Assembly (NCBI RefSeq): GCF_009914755.1
Contig: NC_060933.1
Direction: 5' to 3' (one strand)
Length of the DNA: 64,000 nt
Origin: the human T2T-CHM13v2.0 reference genome, Homo sapiens
Positions 1 to 12,800 of the stretch are shown one piece after another. Under the pieces are notes generated by a model that ran no database searches, was not told the origin of the DNA, and saw only the letters and a program-made list of their open reading frames with translations. Positions within the stretch are counted from its first letter, which is position 1, and each line of letters begins with the position of its first letter. Position numbers and translations under genes: made by a program.

Positions 1-25
1 GTGGATATTCGGATAGCTTTGAAGG

Positions 26-42
26 TTTCGTTGGAAACGGGA
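26..42 (+). promoter_or_regulatory. CENP-B box (representative; recurs roughly every second monomer, at alternating 342/338 bp spacing within 4-mers)
   Basis: TTTCGTTGGAAACGGGA at 26-42, 368-384, 706-722 and onward. It matches the established NTTCGNNNNANNCGGGN consensus. Confidence 0.95.
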
Positions 43-195
43 ATATCTTCATATAAAATCTAGACGGAAGCATTCTCAGAAACTGCTTTGTGATGTTTTC
101 ATTCAAGTCACAGAGTAGAATGTTCCCTGTTATATACCAGGTTTGAGACACTCTTTCTGCACTACCTGGAAGTGGACATTTGCAGCGCTTTGAGG

Positions 196-213
196 CCTAT
201 GATGAAAAAGGAA
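196..213 (+). promoter_or_regulatory. pJalpha-type (A-box) site in the non-CENP-B monomers (representative)
   Basis: CCTATGATGAAAAAGGAA occupies the same monomer position as the CENP-B box in the alternate monomers. Variants are CTATGGTGAGAAAGGAA and CTATGTTGAAAAAGGAA. Confidence 0.75.
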
Positions 214-1600
214 ATATCTTCCCATAAAAACTAGACAGAAGCATTCTCAGAAACTTGTTTTTGATGTGTGTATTCAACTAACAGAGATGAACCTTTCTTT
301 TTACAGAGCAGTTTTGAAACACTCTTTTTGTGGAATCTGAAAGTGGATATTTGGATAGCTTTGAGGATTTCGTTGGAAACGGGATTACATATAAAATCTA
401 GAGAGAAGCATTCTCAGGAACTTCTTTGTGATGTTTGCATTCACGTCACAGAACTGAACATTCCCTTTCATAGAGCATGTTTGAAACACTCTTTCTGTAG
501 TATCTGCAAACGGACATTTCAAACGCTTTCAGGCCTATGGTGAGAAAGGAAATATCTTCAAATAAAAACTAGACAGAAGCATTCTCAGAAACTTATTTGC
601 GATGTGTGTCCTCAACTAACAGAGTTGAACCTTTCTTTTGATACAACATTTTGGAAACACTCTTTTTGTAGAATCTGCAAGTGGATATTTGAATAGCTTT
701 GAAGGTTTCGTTGGAAACGGGAATATCTTCATATAAAATCAAGACAGAAGCATTCTCAGAAACTTCTCTGTGATGTTTGCATTCAACTCATAGAGTTGAA
801 CACTTCCCTTCATACAGCAGGTTTGAAACACACTTTTTGTAATATTTGGAAGTGGACATTTGCAGCGCTTTGAGGCCTATGATGAAAAAGGTAATATCTT
901 CCCATAAAAACTAGACAGAAGCATTCTCAGAAACTTGTTTGTGATGTGTGTATTCAACTAACAGAGATGAACCTTTCTTTTTACAGAGCAGTTTTGAAAC
1001 ACTCTTTATGTGGAATCTGAAAGTGGATATTTGGATAGCTTTGCGGATTTCGTTGGAAACGGGATTACATATAAAACCTAGAGAGAAGCATTCTCAGGAA
1101 CTTCTTTGCGATGTTTGCATTCAAGTCACAGAACTGAACATTCCCTTTCATAGAGCAGGTTTGAAACACTCTTTCTGTAGTATCTGCAAGCTGACGTTTC
1201 AAGCGCTTTCAGGCCTATGGTGAGAAAGGAAATTTCTGCAAGTAAAAACTAGACAGAAGCATTCTCAGAAACTTATTTGCGATGTGTGTTCTCAACTAAC
1301 AGAGTTGAACCTTTGTTTTGATACGGCATTTTGGAAACACTCTTTTTGTAGAATCTGCAGGTGGATATTCGGATAGCTTTGAAGGTTTCGTTGGAAACGG
1401 GAATATTTTCATATAAAATCTAGACGGAAGCATTCTCAGAAACTGCTTTGTGATGTTTGCATTCAAGTCACAGAGTAGAATGTTCCCTGTTATATACCAG
1501 GTTTGAGACACTCTTTCTGCACTACCTGGAAGTGGACGTTTGGAGCGCTTTGAGGCCTATGTTGAAAAAGGAAATATCTTCCCATAAAAACTAGACAGAA

Positions 1601-2280
1601 GCATTCTCAGAAACTTGTTTGTGATGTGTGTATTCAACTAACAGAGATGAACCTTTCTTTTTACAGAGCAGTTTTGAAACACTCTTTTTGTGGAATCTGA
1701 AAGTGGATATTTGGATAGCTTTGAGGATTTCGTTGGAAACGGGATTACATATAAAACCTAGAGAGAAGCATTCTCAGGAACTTCTTTGTGATGTTTGCAT
1801 TCAAGTCACAGAACTGAACATTCCCTTTCATAGAGCAGGTTTGAAACACTCTTTCTGTAGTATCTGCAAGCTGACGTTTCAAGCGCTTTCAGGCCTATGG
1901 TGAGAAAGGAAATATCTTCAAGTAAAAACTAGACAGAAGCATTCTCAGAAACTTATTTGCGATGTGTGTTCTCAACTAACAGAGTTGAACCTTTGTTTTG
2001 ATATGGCATTTTGGAAACACTCTTTTTGTAGAATCTGCAGGTGGATATTCGGATAGCTTTGAAGGTTTCGTTGGAAACGGGAATATCTTCATATAAAATC
2101 TAGACGGAAGCATTCTCAGAAACTGCTTTGTGATGTTTTCATTCAAGTCACAGAGTAGAATGTTCCCTGTTATATACCAGGTTTGAGACACTCTTTCTGC
2201 ACTACCTGGAAGTGGACATTTGCAGCGCTTTGAGGCCTATGATGAAAAAGGAAATATCTTCCCATAAAAACTAGACAGAA
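1601..2280 (+). repeat. 680-bp 4-monomer block, type A (representative)
   Basis: Diagnostic strings AAAACCTAGAGAG, GCAAGCTGACG, CTGCAGGTGGATATTCGG and TAGAATGTTCCCTGTTATATACC. ORF-start spacing 1628 to 2308 is 680 bp. Confidence 0.9.
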
Positions 2281-2960
2281 GCATTCTCAGAAACTTGTTT
2301 GTGATGTGTGTATTCAACTAACAGAGATGAACCTTTCTTTTTACAGAGCAGTTTTGAAACACTCTTTTTGTGGAATCTGAAAGTGGATATTTGGATAGCT
2401 TTGAGGATTTCGTTGGAAACGGGATTACATATAAAATCTAGAGAGAAGCATTCTCAGGAACTTCTTTGTGATGTTTGCATTCACGTCACAGAACTGAACA
2501 TTCCCTTTCATAGAGCATGTTTGAAACACTCTTTCTGTAGTATCTGCAAACGGACATTTCAAACGCTTTCAGGCCTATGGTGAGAAAGGAAATATCTTCA
2601 AATAAAAACTAGACAGAAGCATTCTCAGAAACTTATTTGCGATGTGTGTCCTCAACTAACAGAGTTGAACCTTTCTTTTGATACAACATTTTGGAAACAC
2701 TCTTTTTGTAGAATCTGCAAGTGGATATTTGAATAGCTTTGAAGGTTTCGTTGGAAACGGGAATATCTTCATATAAAATCAAGACAGAAGCATTCTCAGA
2801 AACTTCTCTGTGATGTTTGCATTCAACTCATAGAGTTGAACACTTCCCTTCATACAGCAGGTTTGAAACACTCTTTTTGTAATATTTGGAAGTGGACATT
2901 TGCAGCGCTTTGAGGCCTATGATGAAAAAGGTAATATCTTCCCATAAAAACTAGACAGAA
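2281..2960 (+). repeat. 680-bp 4-monomer block, type B (representative)
   Basis: Diagnostic strings TTCACGTCACA, GAGCATGTTTG, GCAAACGGACATTTCAAACG, GATACAACA and AACACTTCCCTTCATACAGC. Spacing 2308 to 2988 is 680 bp. Confidence 0.9.
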
Positions 2961-3767
2961 GCATTCTCAGAAACTTGTTTGTGATGTGTGTATTCAACTA
3001 ACAGAGATGAACCTTTCTTTTTACAGAGCAGTTTTGAAACACTCTTTTTGTGGAATCTGAAAGTGGATATTTGGATAGCTTTGCGGATTTCGTTGGAAAC
3101 GGGATTACATATAAAATCTAGGGAGAAGCATTCTCAGGAACTTCTTTGTGATGTTTGCATTCAAGTCACAGAACTGAACATTCCCTTTCATAGAGCAGGT
3201 TTGAAACACTCTTTCTGTAGTATCTGCAAGCGGACGTTTTAAGCGCTTTCAGGCCTGTGGTGAGAAAGGAAATATCTTCAAATAAAAACTAGACAGAAGC
3301 ATTCTCAGAAACTTATTTGCGATGTGTGTCCTCAACTAACAGAGTTGAACCTTTCTTTTGATACAACATTTTGGAAACACTCTTTTTGTAGAATCTGCAA
3401 GTGGATATTTGGATAGCTTTGAAGGTTTCGTTGGAAACGGGAATATCTTCATATGAAATCAAGACAGAAGCATTCTCAGAAACTTCTCTGTGATGTTTGC
3501 ATTCAACTCATAGAGTTGAACACTTCCCTTCATACAGCAGGTTTGAAACACTCTTTTTCTAATATTTGGAAGTGGACATTTGCAGCGCTTTGAGGCCTAT
3601 GTTGAAAAAGGAAATATCTTCTCCTAAAAACCAGACAGAAGCATTCTCAGAAACTTCCTTGTGATGTGTGTACTCAAGTAACAGAGTTGAACCTTCCTTT
3701 TGACAGAGCAGTTTTGAAGCACTCTTTTTGTAGAATCTGCAAGTGGATATTTTGATACCATTGAGGA

Positions 3768-3784
3768 TTTCGTTGGACACGGGA
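3768..3784 (+). promoter_or_regulatory. Variant CENP-B box TTTCGTTGGACACGGGA in monomer 5 of each 7-mer (core positions retained)
   Basis: The A>C change falls at an N position of NTTCGNNNNANNCGGGN, so all nine consensus bases are present. Confidence 0.75.
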
Positions 3785-3937
3785 TATCTTCATATAAAAT
3801 CTAGACAGAAGCATTCTCAGAAACTTCTTTGTGCTGTATGTCCTCAATTAACAGAGTTGAACCTTTGTGTGGATACAGCATTTTGGAAACATTCCTTTAG
3901 TAGAATCTGCAAGTTGATATTTAGATAGCTAGGAAGA

Positions 3938-3954
3938 GTTCCTTGGAAACGGGA
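3938..3954 (+). promoter_or_regulatory. Degenerate CENP-B box ((T/G)TTCCTTGGAAACGGGA) in monomer 6 of each 7-mer
   Basis: TTCG>TTCC destroys a core consensus base. It was present in every copy of this monomer that I inspected. Confidence 0.8.
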
Positions 3955-6024
3955 ATATCTTCATATAAAATCTAGACGGAAGCATTCTCAGAAAGTGCTT
4001 TGTGATGTTTGCATTCAAGTCACAGAGTTGAATGTTCCCTTTTATAGAGCAGGTTTGAAACACTCTTTCTGCACTACCTGGAAGTGGACATTTGGAGCGC
4101 TTTGAGGCCTATGTTGAAAAAGGAAATATCTTCCCATAAAAACTAGACAGAAGCATTCTCAGAAACTTGTTTGTGATGTGTGTATTCAACTAACAGAGAT
4201 GAACCTTTCTTTTTACAGAGCAGTTTTGAAACACTCTTTTTGTGGAATCTGAAAGTGGATATTTGGATAGCTTTGAGGATTTCGTTGGAAACGGGATTAC
4301 ATATAAAACCTAGAGAGAAGCATTCTCAGGAACTTCTTTGTGATGTTTGCATTCAAGTCACAGAACTGAACATTCCCTTTCATAGAGCAGGTTTGAAACA
4401 CTCTTTCTGTAGTATCTGCAAGCTGACGTTTCAAGCGCTTTCAGGCCTATGGTGAGAAAGGAAATATCTTCAAGTAAAAACTAGACAGAAGCATTCTCAG
4501 AAACTTATTTGCGATGTGTGTTCTCAACTAACAGAGTTGAACCTTTGTTTTGATATGGCATTTTGGAAACACTCTTTTTGTAGAATCTGCAGGTGGATAT
4601 TCGGATAGCTTTGAAGGTTTCGTTGGAAACGGGAATATCTTCATATAAAATCTAGACGGAAGCATTCTCAGAAACTGCTTTGTGATGTTTTCATTCAAGT
4701 CACAGAGTAGAATGTTCCCTGTTATATACCAGGTTTGAGACACTCTTTCTGCACTACCTGGAAGTGGACATTTGCAGCGCTTTGAGGCCTATGATGAAAA
4801 AGGAAATATCTTCCCATAAAAACTAGACAGAAGCATTCTCAGAAACTTGTTTGTGATGTGTGTATTCAACTAACAGAGATGAACCTTTCTTTTTACAGAG
4901 CAGTTTTGAAACACTCTTTTTGTGGAATCTGAAAGTGGATATTTGGATAGCTTTGAGGATTTCGTTGGAAACGGGATTACATATAAAATCTAGAGAGAAG
5001 GATTCTCAGGAACTTCTTTGTGATGTTTGCATTCACGTCACAGAACTGAACATTCCCTTTCATAGAGCATGTTTGAAACACTCTTTCTGTAGTATCTGCA
5101 AACGGACATTTCAAACGCTTTCAGGCCTATGGTGAGAAAGGTAATATCTTCAAATAAAAACTAGACAGAAGCATTCTCAGAAACTTATTTGCGATGTGTG
5201 TCCTCAACTAACAGAGTTGAACCTTTCTTTTGATACAACATTTTGGAAACACTCTTTTTGTAGAATCTGCAAGTGGATATTTGCATAGCTTTGAAGGTTT
5301 CGTTGGAAACGGGAATATCTTCATATAAAATCAAGACAGAAGCATTCTCAGAAACTTCTCTGTGATGTTTGCATTCAACTCATAGAGTTGAACACTTCCC
5401 TTCATACAGCAGGTTTGAAACACTCTTTTTGTAATATTTGGAAGTGGACATTTGCAGCGCTTTGAGGCCTATGTTGAAAAAGGAAATATCTTCTCCTAAA
5501 AACCAGACAGAAGCATTCTCAGAAACTTCCTTGTGATGTGTGTACTCAAGTAACAGAGTTGAACCTTCCTTTTGACAGAGCAGTTTTGAAGCACTCTTTT
5601 TGTAGAATCTGCAAGTGGATATTTTGATACCTTTGAGGATTTCGTTGGACACGGGATATCTTCATATAAAATCTAGACAGAAGCATTCTCAGAAACTTCT
5701 TTGTGCTGTATGTCCTCAATTAACAGAGTTGAACCTTTGTGTGGATACAGCATTTTGGAAACATTCCTTTAGTAGAATCTGCAAGTTGATATTTAGATAG
5801 CTAGGAAGATTTCCTTGGAAACGGGAATATCTTCATATAAAATCTAGACGGAAGCATTCTCAGAAAGTGCTTTGTGATGTTTGCATTCAAGTCACAGAGT
5901 TGAATATTCCCTTTTATAGAGCAGGTTTGAAACACTCTTTCTGCACTACCTGGAAGTGGACATTTGGAGCGCTTTGAGGCCTATGTTGAAAAACGAAATA
6001 TCTTCCCATAAAAACTAGACAGAA

Positions 6025-6875
6025 GCATTCTCAGAAACTTGTTTGTGATGTGTGTATTCAACTAACAGAGATGAACCTTTCTTTTTACAGAGCAGTTTTG
6101 AAACACTCTTTTTGTGGAATCTGAAAGTGGATATTTGGATAGCTTTGAGGATTTCGTTGGAAACGGGATTACATATAAAACCTAGAGAGAAGCATTCTCA
6201 GGAACTTCTTTGTGATGTTTGCCTTCAAGTCACAGGACTGAACATTCCCTTTCATAGAGCAGGTTTGAAACACTCTTTCTGTAGTATCTGCAAGCTGACG
6301 TTTCAAGCGCTTTCAGGCCTATGGTGAGAAAGGAAATATCTTCAAGTAAAAACTAGACAGAAGCATTCTCAGAAACTTATTTGCCATGTGTGTTCTCAAC
6401 TAACAGAGTTGAACCTTTGTTTTGATACGGCATTTTGGAAACACTCTTTTTGTAGAATCTGCAGGTGGATATTCGGATAGCTTTGAAGGTTTCGTTGGAA
6501 ACGGGAATATCTTCATATAAAACCTTGACGGAAGCATTCTCAGAAACTTCTTTGTGCTGTATGTCCTCAATTAACAGAGTTGAACCTTTGTGTGGATACA
6601 GCATTTTGGAAACATTCCTTTAGTAGAATCTGCAAGTTGATATTTAGATAGCTAGGAAGAGTTCCTTGGAAACGGGAATATCTTCATATAAAATCTAGAC
6701 GGAAGCATTCTCAGAAAGTGCTTTGTGATGTTTGCATTCAAGTCACAGAGTTGAATATTCCCTTTTATAGAGCAGGTTTGAAACACTCTTTCTGCACTAC
6801 CTGGAAGTGGACATTTGGAGCGCTTTGAGGCCTATGTTGAAAAAGGAAATATCTTCCCATAAAAACTAGACAGAA
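6025..6875 (+). repeat. 851-bp 5-monomer structural variant (A monomers 1-3 joined to 7-mer monomers 6-7)
   Basis: Spacing 6052 to 6903 is 851 bp. The junction AAAACCTTGACGGAAGCATTCTCAGAAACTTCTTTGTGCTG lies at ~6519-6559. Confidence 0.9.
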
Positions 6876-9800
6876 GCATTCTCAGAAACTTGTTTGTGAT
6901 GTGTGTATTCAACTAACAGAGATGAACCTTTCTTTTTACAGAGCAGTTTTGAAACACTCTTTTTGTGGAATCTGAAAGTGGATATTTGGATAGCTTTGAG
7001 GATTTCGTTGGAAACGGGATTACATATAAAATCTAGAGAGAAGCATTCTCAGGAACTTCTTTGTGATGTTTGCATTCACGTCACAGAACTGAACATTCCC
7101 TTTCATAGAGCATGTTTGAAACACTCTTTCTGTAGTATCTGCAAACGGACATTTCAAACGCTTTCAGGCCTATGGTGAGAAAGGAAATATGTTCAAATAA
7201 AAACTAGACAGAAGCATTCTCAGAAACTTATTTGCGATGTGTGTCCTCAACTATCAGAGTTGAACCTTTCTTTTGATACAACATTTTGGAACCACTCTTT
7301 TTGTAGAATCTGCAAGTGGATATTTGAATAGCTTTGAAGGTTTCGTTGGAAACGGGAATATCTTCATATAAAATCAAGACAGAAGCATTCTCAGAAACTT
7401 CTCTGTGATGTTTGCATTCAACTCATAGAGTTGAACACTTCCCTTCATACAGCAGGTTTGAAACACTCTTTTTGTAATATTTGGAAGTGGACATTTGCAG
7501 CGCTTTGAGGCCTATGATGAAAAAGGAAATATCTTCCCATAAAAACTAGACAGAAGCATTCTCAGAAACTTGTTTGTGATGTGTGTATTCAACTAACAGA
7601 GATGAACCTTTCTTTTTACAGAGCAGTTTTGAAACACTCTTTTTGTGGAATCTGAAAGTGGATATTTGGATAGCTTTGCGGATTTCGTTGGAAACGGGAT
7701 TACATATAAAATCTAGGGAGAAGCATTCTCAGGAACTTCTTTGTGATGTTTGCATTCAAGTCACAGAACTGAACATTCCCTTTCATAGAGCAGGTTTGAA
7801 ACACTCTTTCTGTAGTATCTGCAAGCGGACGTTTTCAGCGCTTTCAGGCCTGTGGTGAGAAAGGAAATATCTTCAAATAAAAACTAGACAGAAGCATTCT
7901 CAGAAACTTATTTGCGATGTGTGTCCTCAACTAACAGAGTTGAACCTTTCTTTTGATACAACATTTTGGAAACACTCTTTTTGTAGAATCTGCAAGTGGA
8001 TATTTGGATAGCTTTGAAGGTTTCGTTGGAAACGGGAATATCTTCATATGAAATCAAGACAGAAGCATTCTCAGAAACTTCTCTGTGATGTTTGCATTCA
8101 ACTCATAGAGTTGAACACTTCCCTTCATACAGCAGGTTTGAAACACTCTTTTTCTAATATTTGGAAGTGGACATTTGCAGCGCTTTGAGGCCTATGTTGA
8201 AAAAGGAAATATCATCTCCTAAAAACCAGACAGAAGCATTCTCAGAAACTTCCTTGTGATGTGTGTACTCAAGTAACAGAGTTGAACCTTCCTTTTGACA
8301 GAGCAGTTTTGAAGCACTCTTTTTGTAGAATCTGCAAGTGGATATTTTGATACCTTTGAGGATTTCGTTGGACACGGGATATCTTCATATAAAATCTAGA
8401 CAGAAGCATTCTCAGAAACTTCTTTGTGCTGTATGTCCTCAATTAACAGAGTTGAACCTTTGTGTGGATACAGCATTTTGGAAACATTCCTTTAGTAGAA
8501 TCTGCAAGTTGATATTTAGATAGCTAGGAAGATTTCCTTGGAAACGGGAATATCTTCATATAAAATCTAGACGGAAGCATTCTCAGAAAGTGCTTTGTGA
8601 TGTTTGCATTCAAGTCACAGAGTTGAATATTCCCTTTTATAGAGCAGGTTTGAAACACTCTTTCTGCACTACCTGGAAGTGGACATTTGGAGCGCTTTGA
8701 GGCCTATGTTGAAAAAGGAAATATCTTCCCATAAAAACTAGACAGAAGCATTCTCAGAAACTTGTTTGTGATGTGTGTATTCAACTAACAGAGATGAACC
8801 TTTCTTTTTACAGAGCAGTTTTGAAACACTCTTTTTGTGGAATCTGAAAGTGGATATTTGGATAGCTTTGAGGATTTCGTTGGAAACGGGATTACATATA
8901 AAACCTAGAGAGAAGCATTCTCAGGAACTTCTTTGTGATGTTTGCATTCAAGTCACAGAACTGAACATTCCCTTTCATAGAGCAGGTTTGAAACACTCTT
9001 TCTGTAGTATCTGCAAGCTGACGTTTCAAGCGCTTTCAGGCCTATGGTGAGAAAGGAAATATCTTCAAGTAAAAACTAGACAGAAGCATTCTCAGAAACT
9101 TATTTGCGATGTGTGTTCTCAACTAACAGAGTTGAACCTTTGTTTTGATATGGCATTTTGGAAACACTCTTTTTGTAGAATCTGCAGGTGGATATTCGGA
9201 TAGCTTTGAAGGTTTCGTTGGAAACGGGAATATCTTCATATAAAATCTAGACGGAAGCATTCTCAGAAACTGCTTTGTGATGTTTTCATTCAAGTCACAG
9301 AGTAGAATGTTCCCTGTTATATACCAGGTTTGAGACACTCTTTCTGCACTACCTGGAAGTGGACATTTGCAGCGCTTTGAGGCCTATGATGAAAAAGGAA
9401 ATATCTTCCCATAAAAACTAGACAGAAGCATTCTCAGAAACTTGTTTTTGATGTGTGTATTCAACTAACAGAGATGAACCTTTCTTTTTACAGAGCAGTT
9501 TTGAAACACTCTTTTTGTGGAATCTGAAAGTGGATATTTGGATAGCTTTGAGGATTTCGTTGGAAACGGGATTACATATAAAATCTAGAGAGAAGCATTC
9601 TCAGGAACTTCTTTGTGATGTTTGCATTCACGTCACAGAACTGAACATTCCCTTTCATAGAGCATGTTTGAAACACTCTTTCTGTAGTATCTGCAAACGG
9701 ACATTTCAAACGCTTTCAGGCCTATGGTGAGAAAGGAAATATCTTCAAATAAAAACTAGACAGAAGCATTCTCAGAAACTTATTTGCGATGTGTGTCCTC

Positions 9801-12800
9801 AACTAACAGAGTTGAACCTTTCTTTTGATACAACATTTTGGAAACACTCTTTTTGTAGAATCTGCAAGTGGATATTTGAATAGCTTTGAAGGTTTCGTTG
9901 GAAACGGGAATATCTTCATATAAAATCAAGACAGAAGCATTCTCAGAAACTTCTCTGTGATGTTTGCATTCAACTCATAGAGTTGAACACTTCCCTTCAT
10001 ACAGCAGGTTTGAAACACACTTTTTGTAATATTTGGAAGTGGACATTTGCAGCGCTTTGAGGCCTATGATGAAAAAGGTAATATCTTCCCATAAAAACTA
10101 GACAGAAGCATTCTCAGAAACTTGTTTGTGATGTGTGTATTCAACTAACAGAGATGAACCTTTCTTTTTACAGAGCAGTTTTGAAACACTCTTTATGTGG
10201 AATCTGAAAGTGGATATTTGGATAGCTTTGCGGATTTCGTTGGAAACGGGATTACATATAAAACCTAGAGAGAAGCATTCTCAGGAACTTCTTTGCGATG
10301 TTTGCATTCAAGTCACAGAACTGAACATTCCCTTTCATAGAGCAGGTTTGAAACACTCTTTCTGTAGTATCTGCAAGCTGACGTTTCAAGCGCTTTCAGG
10401 CCTATGGTGAGAAAGGAAATTTCTGCAAGTAAAAACTAGACAGAAGCATTCTCAGAAACTTATTTGCGATGTGTGTTCTCAACTAACAGAGTTGAACCTT
10501 TGTTTTGATATGGCATTTTGGAAACACTCTTTTTGTAGAATCTGCAGGTGGATATCCGGATAGCTTTGAAGGTTTCGTTGGAAACGGGAATATCTTCATA
10601 TAAAATCTAGACGGAAGCATTCTCAGAAACTGCTTTGTGATGTTTTCATTCAAGTCACAGAGTATAATGTTCCCTGTTATATACCAGGTTTGAGACACTC
10701 TTTCTGCACTACCTGGAAGTGGACGTTTGGAGCGCTTTGAGGCCTATGTTGAAAAAGGAAATATCTTCCCATAAAAACTAGACAGAAGCATTCTCAGAAA
10801 CTTGTTTTTGATGTGTGTATTCAACTAACAGAGATGAACCTTTCTTTTTACAGAGCAGTTTTGAAACACTCTTTTTGTGGAATCTGAAAGTGGATATTTG
10901 GATAGCTTTGAGGATTTCGTTGGAAACGGGATTACATATAAAATCTAGAGAGAAGCATTCTCAGGAACTTCTTTGTGATGTTTGCATTCACGTCACAGAA
11001 CTGAACATTCCCTTTCATAGAGCATGTTTGAAACACTCTTTCTGTAGTATCTGCAAACGGACATTTCAAACGCTTTCAGGCCTATGGTGAGAAAGGAAAT
11101 ATCTTCAAATAAAAACTAGACAGAAGCATTCTCAGAAACTTATTTGCGATGTGTGTCCTCAACTATCAGAGTTGAACCTTTCTTTTGATACAACATTTTG
11201 GAACCACTCTTTTTGTAGAATCTGCAAGTGGATATTTGAATAGCTTTGAAGGTTTCGTTGGAAACGGGAATATCTTCATATAAAATCAAGACAGAAGCAT
11301 TCTCAGAAACTTCTCTGTGATGTTTGCATTCAACTCATAGAGGTGAACACTTCCCTTCATACAGCAGGTTTGAAACACTCTTTTTGTAATATTTGGAAGT
11401 GGACATTTGCAGCGCTTTGAGGCCTATGATGAAAAAGGAAATATCTTCCCATAAAAACTAGACAGAAGCATTCTCAGAAACTTGTTTGTGATGTGTGTAT
11501 TCAACTAACAGAGATGAACCTTTCTTTTTACAGAGCAGTTTTGAAACACTCTTTTTGTGGAATCTGAAAGTGGATATTTGGATAGCTTTGCGGATTTCGT
11601 TGGAAACGGGATTACATATAAAATCTAGGGAGAAGCATTCTCAGGAACTTCTTTGTGATGTTTGCATTCAAGTCACAGAACTGAACATTCCCTTTCATAG
11701 AGCAGGTTTGAAACACTCTTTCTGTAGTATCTGCAAGCGGACGTTTTAAGCGCTTTCAGGCCTGTGGTGAGAAAGGAAATATCTTCAAATAAAAACTAGA
11801 CAGAAGCATTCTCAGAAACTTATTTGCGATGTGTGTCCTCAACTAACAGAGTTGAACCTTTCTTTTGATACAACATTTTGGAAACACTCTTTTTGTAGAA
11901 TCTGCAAGTGAATATTTGGATAGCTTTGAAGGTTTCGTTGGAAACGGGAATATCTTCATATGAAATCAAGACAGAAGCATTCTCAGAAACTTCTCTGTGA
12001 TGTTTGCATTCAACTCATAGAGTTGAACACTTCCCTTCATACAGCAGGTTTGAAACACTCTTTTTCTAATATTTGGAAGTGGACATTTGCAGCGCTTTGA
12101 GGCCTATGTTGAAAAAGGAAATATCTTCTCCTAAAAACCAGACAGAAGCATTCTCAGAAACTTCCTTGTGATGTGTGTACTCAAGTAACAGAGTTGAACC
12201 TTCCTTTTGACAGAGCAGTTTTGAAGCACTCTTTTTGTAGAATCTGCAAGTGGATATTTTGATACCTTTGAGGATTTCGTTGGACACGGGATATCTTCAT
12301 ATAAAATCTAGACAGAAGCATTCTCAGAAACTTCTTTGTGCTGTATGTCCTCAATTAACAGAGTTGAACCTTTGTGTGGATACAGCATTTTGGAAACATT
12401 CCTTTAGTAGAATCTGCAAGTTGATATTTAGATAGCTAGGAAGATTTCCTTGGAAACGGGAATATCTTCATATAAAATCTAGACGGAAGCATTCTCAGAA
12501 AGTGGTTTGTGATGTTTGCATTCAAGTCACAGAGTTGAATATTCCCTTTTATAGAGCAGGTTTGAAACACTCTTTCTGCACTACCTGGAAGTGGACATTT
12601 GGAGCGCTTTGAGGCCTATGTTGAAAAAGGAAATATCTTCCCATAAAAACTAGACAGAAGCATTCTCAGAAACTTGTTTGTGATGTGTGTATTCAACTAA
12701 CAGAGATGAACCTTTCTTTTTACAGAGCAGTTTTGAAACACTCTTTTTGTGGAATCTGAAAGTGGATATTTGGATAGCTTTGAGGATTTCGTTGGAAACG

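Larger units (their letters stand above)
1..1320 (+). repeat. Segment duplicated at ~9188-10507 (offset 9,187 bp)
   Basis: Shared rare variants ACACACTTT 832/10019, CTTTATGTGG 1008/10195, TTTGCGATG 1109/10296 and AATTTCTGCAAG 1234/10421. The left end is undefined (window edge). Confidence 0.8.
2961..4152 (+). repeat. 1192-bp 7-monomer block (representative; about 25 copies in the window)
   Basis: Spacing 2988 to 4180 is 1192 bp. A B-like 4-mer is followed by three distinctive monomers (CTCCTAAAAACCAGAC, GTACTCAAGTAAC, GTGCTGTATGTCCTCAATTAAC, TTAGATAGCTAGGAAG, CAGAAAGTGCTTTG). Confidence 0.9.
2640..6750 (+). repeat. Segment duplicated at ~15571-19680 (offset 12,931 bp)
   Basis: Rare shared variants at a constant offset: GATACCATTG 3760/16691, TTGCATAGC 5284/18215, AAAACGAAAT 5994/18925 and the 5-mer junction 6523/19454. 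Ends are approximate. Confidence 0.85.

Noticed and set aside
181-200. Short dyads and palindromes (AGCGCT, AGGCCT, TCTAGA, GAAGCATTC) as hairpins or terminators
   Set aside because: They are ordinary short motifs of the alpha-satellite consensus, too short to support a structural claim without folding calculations.
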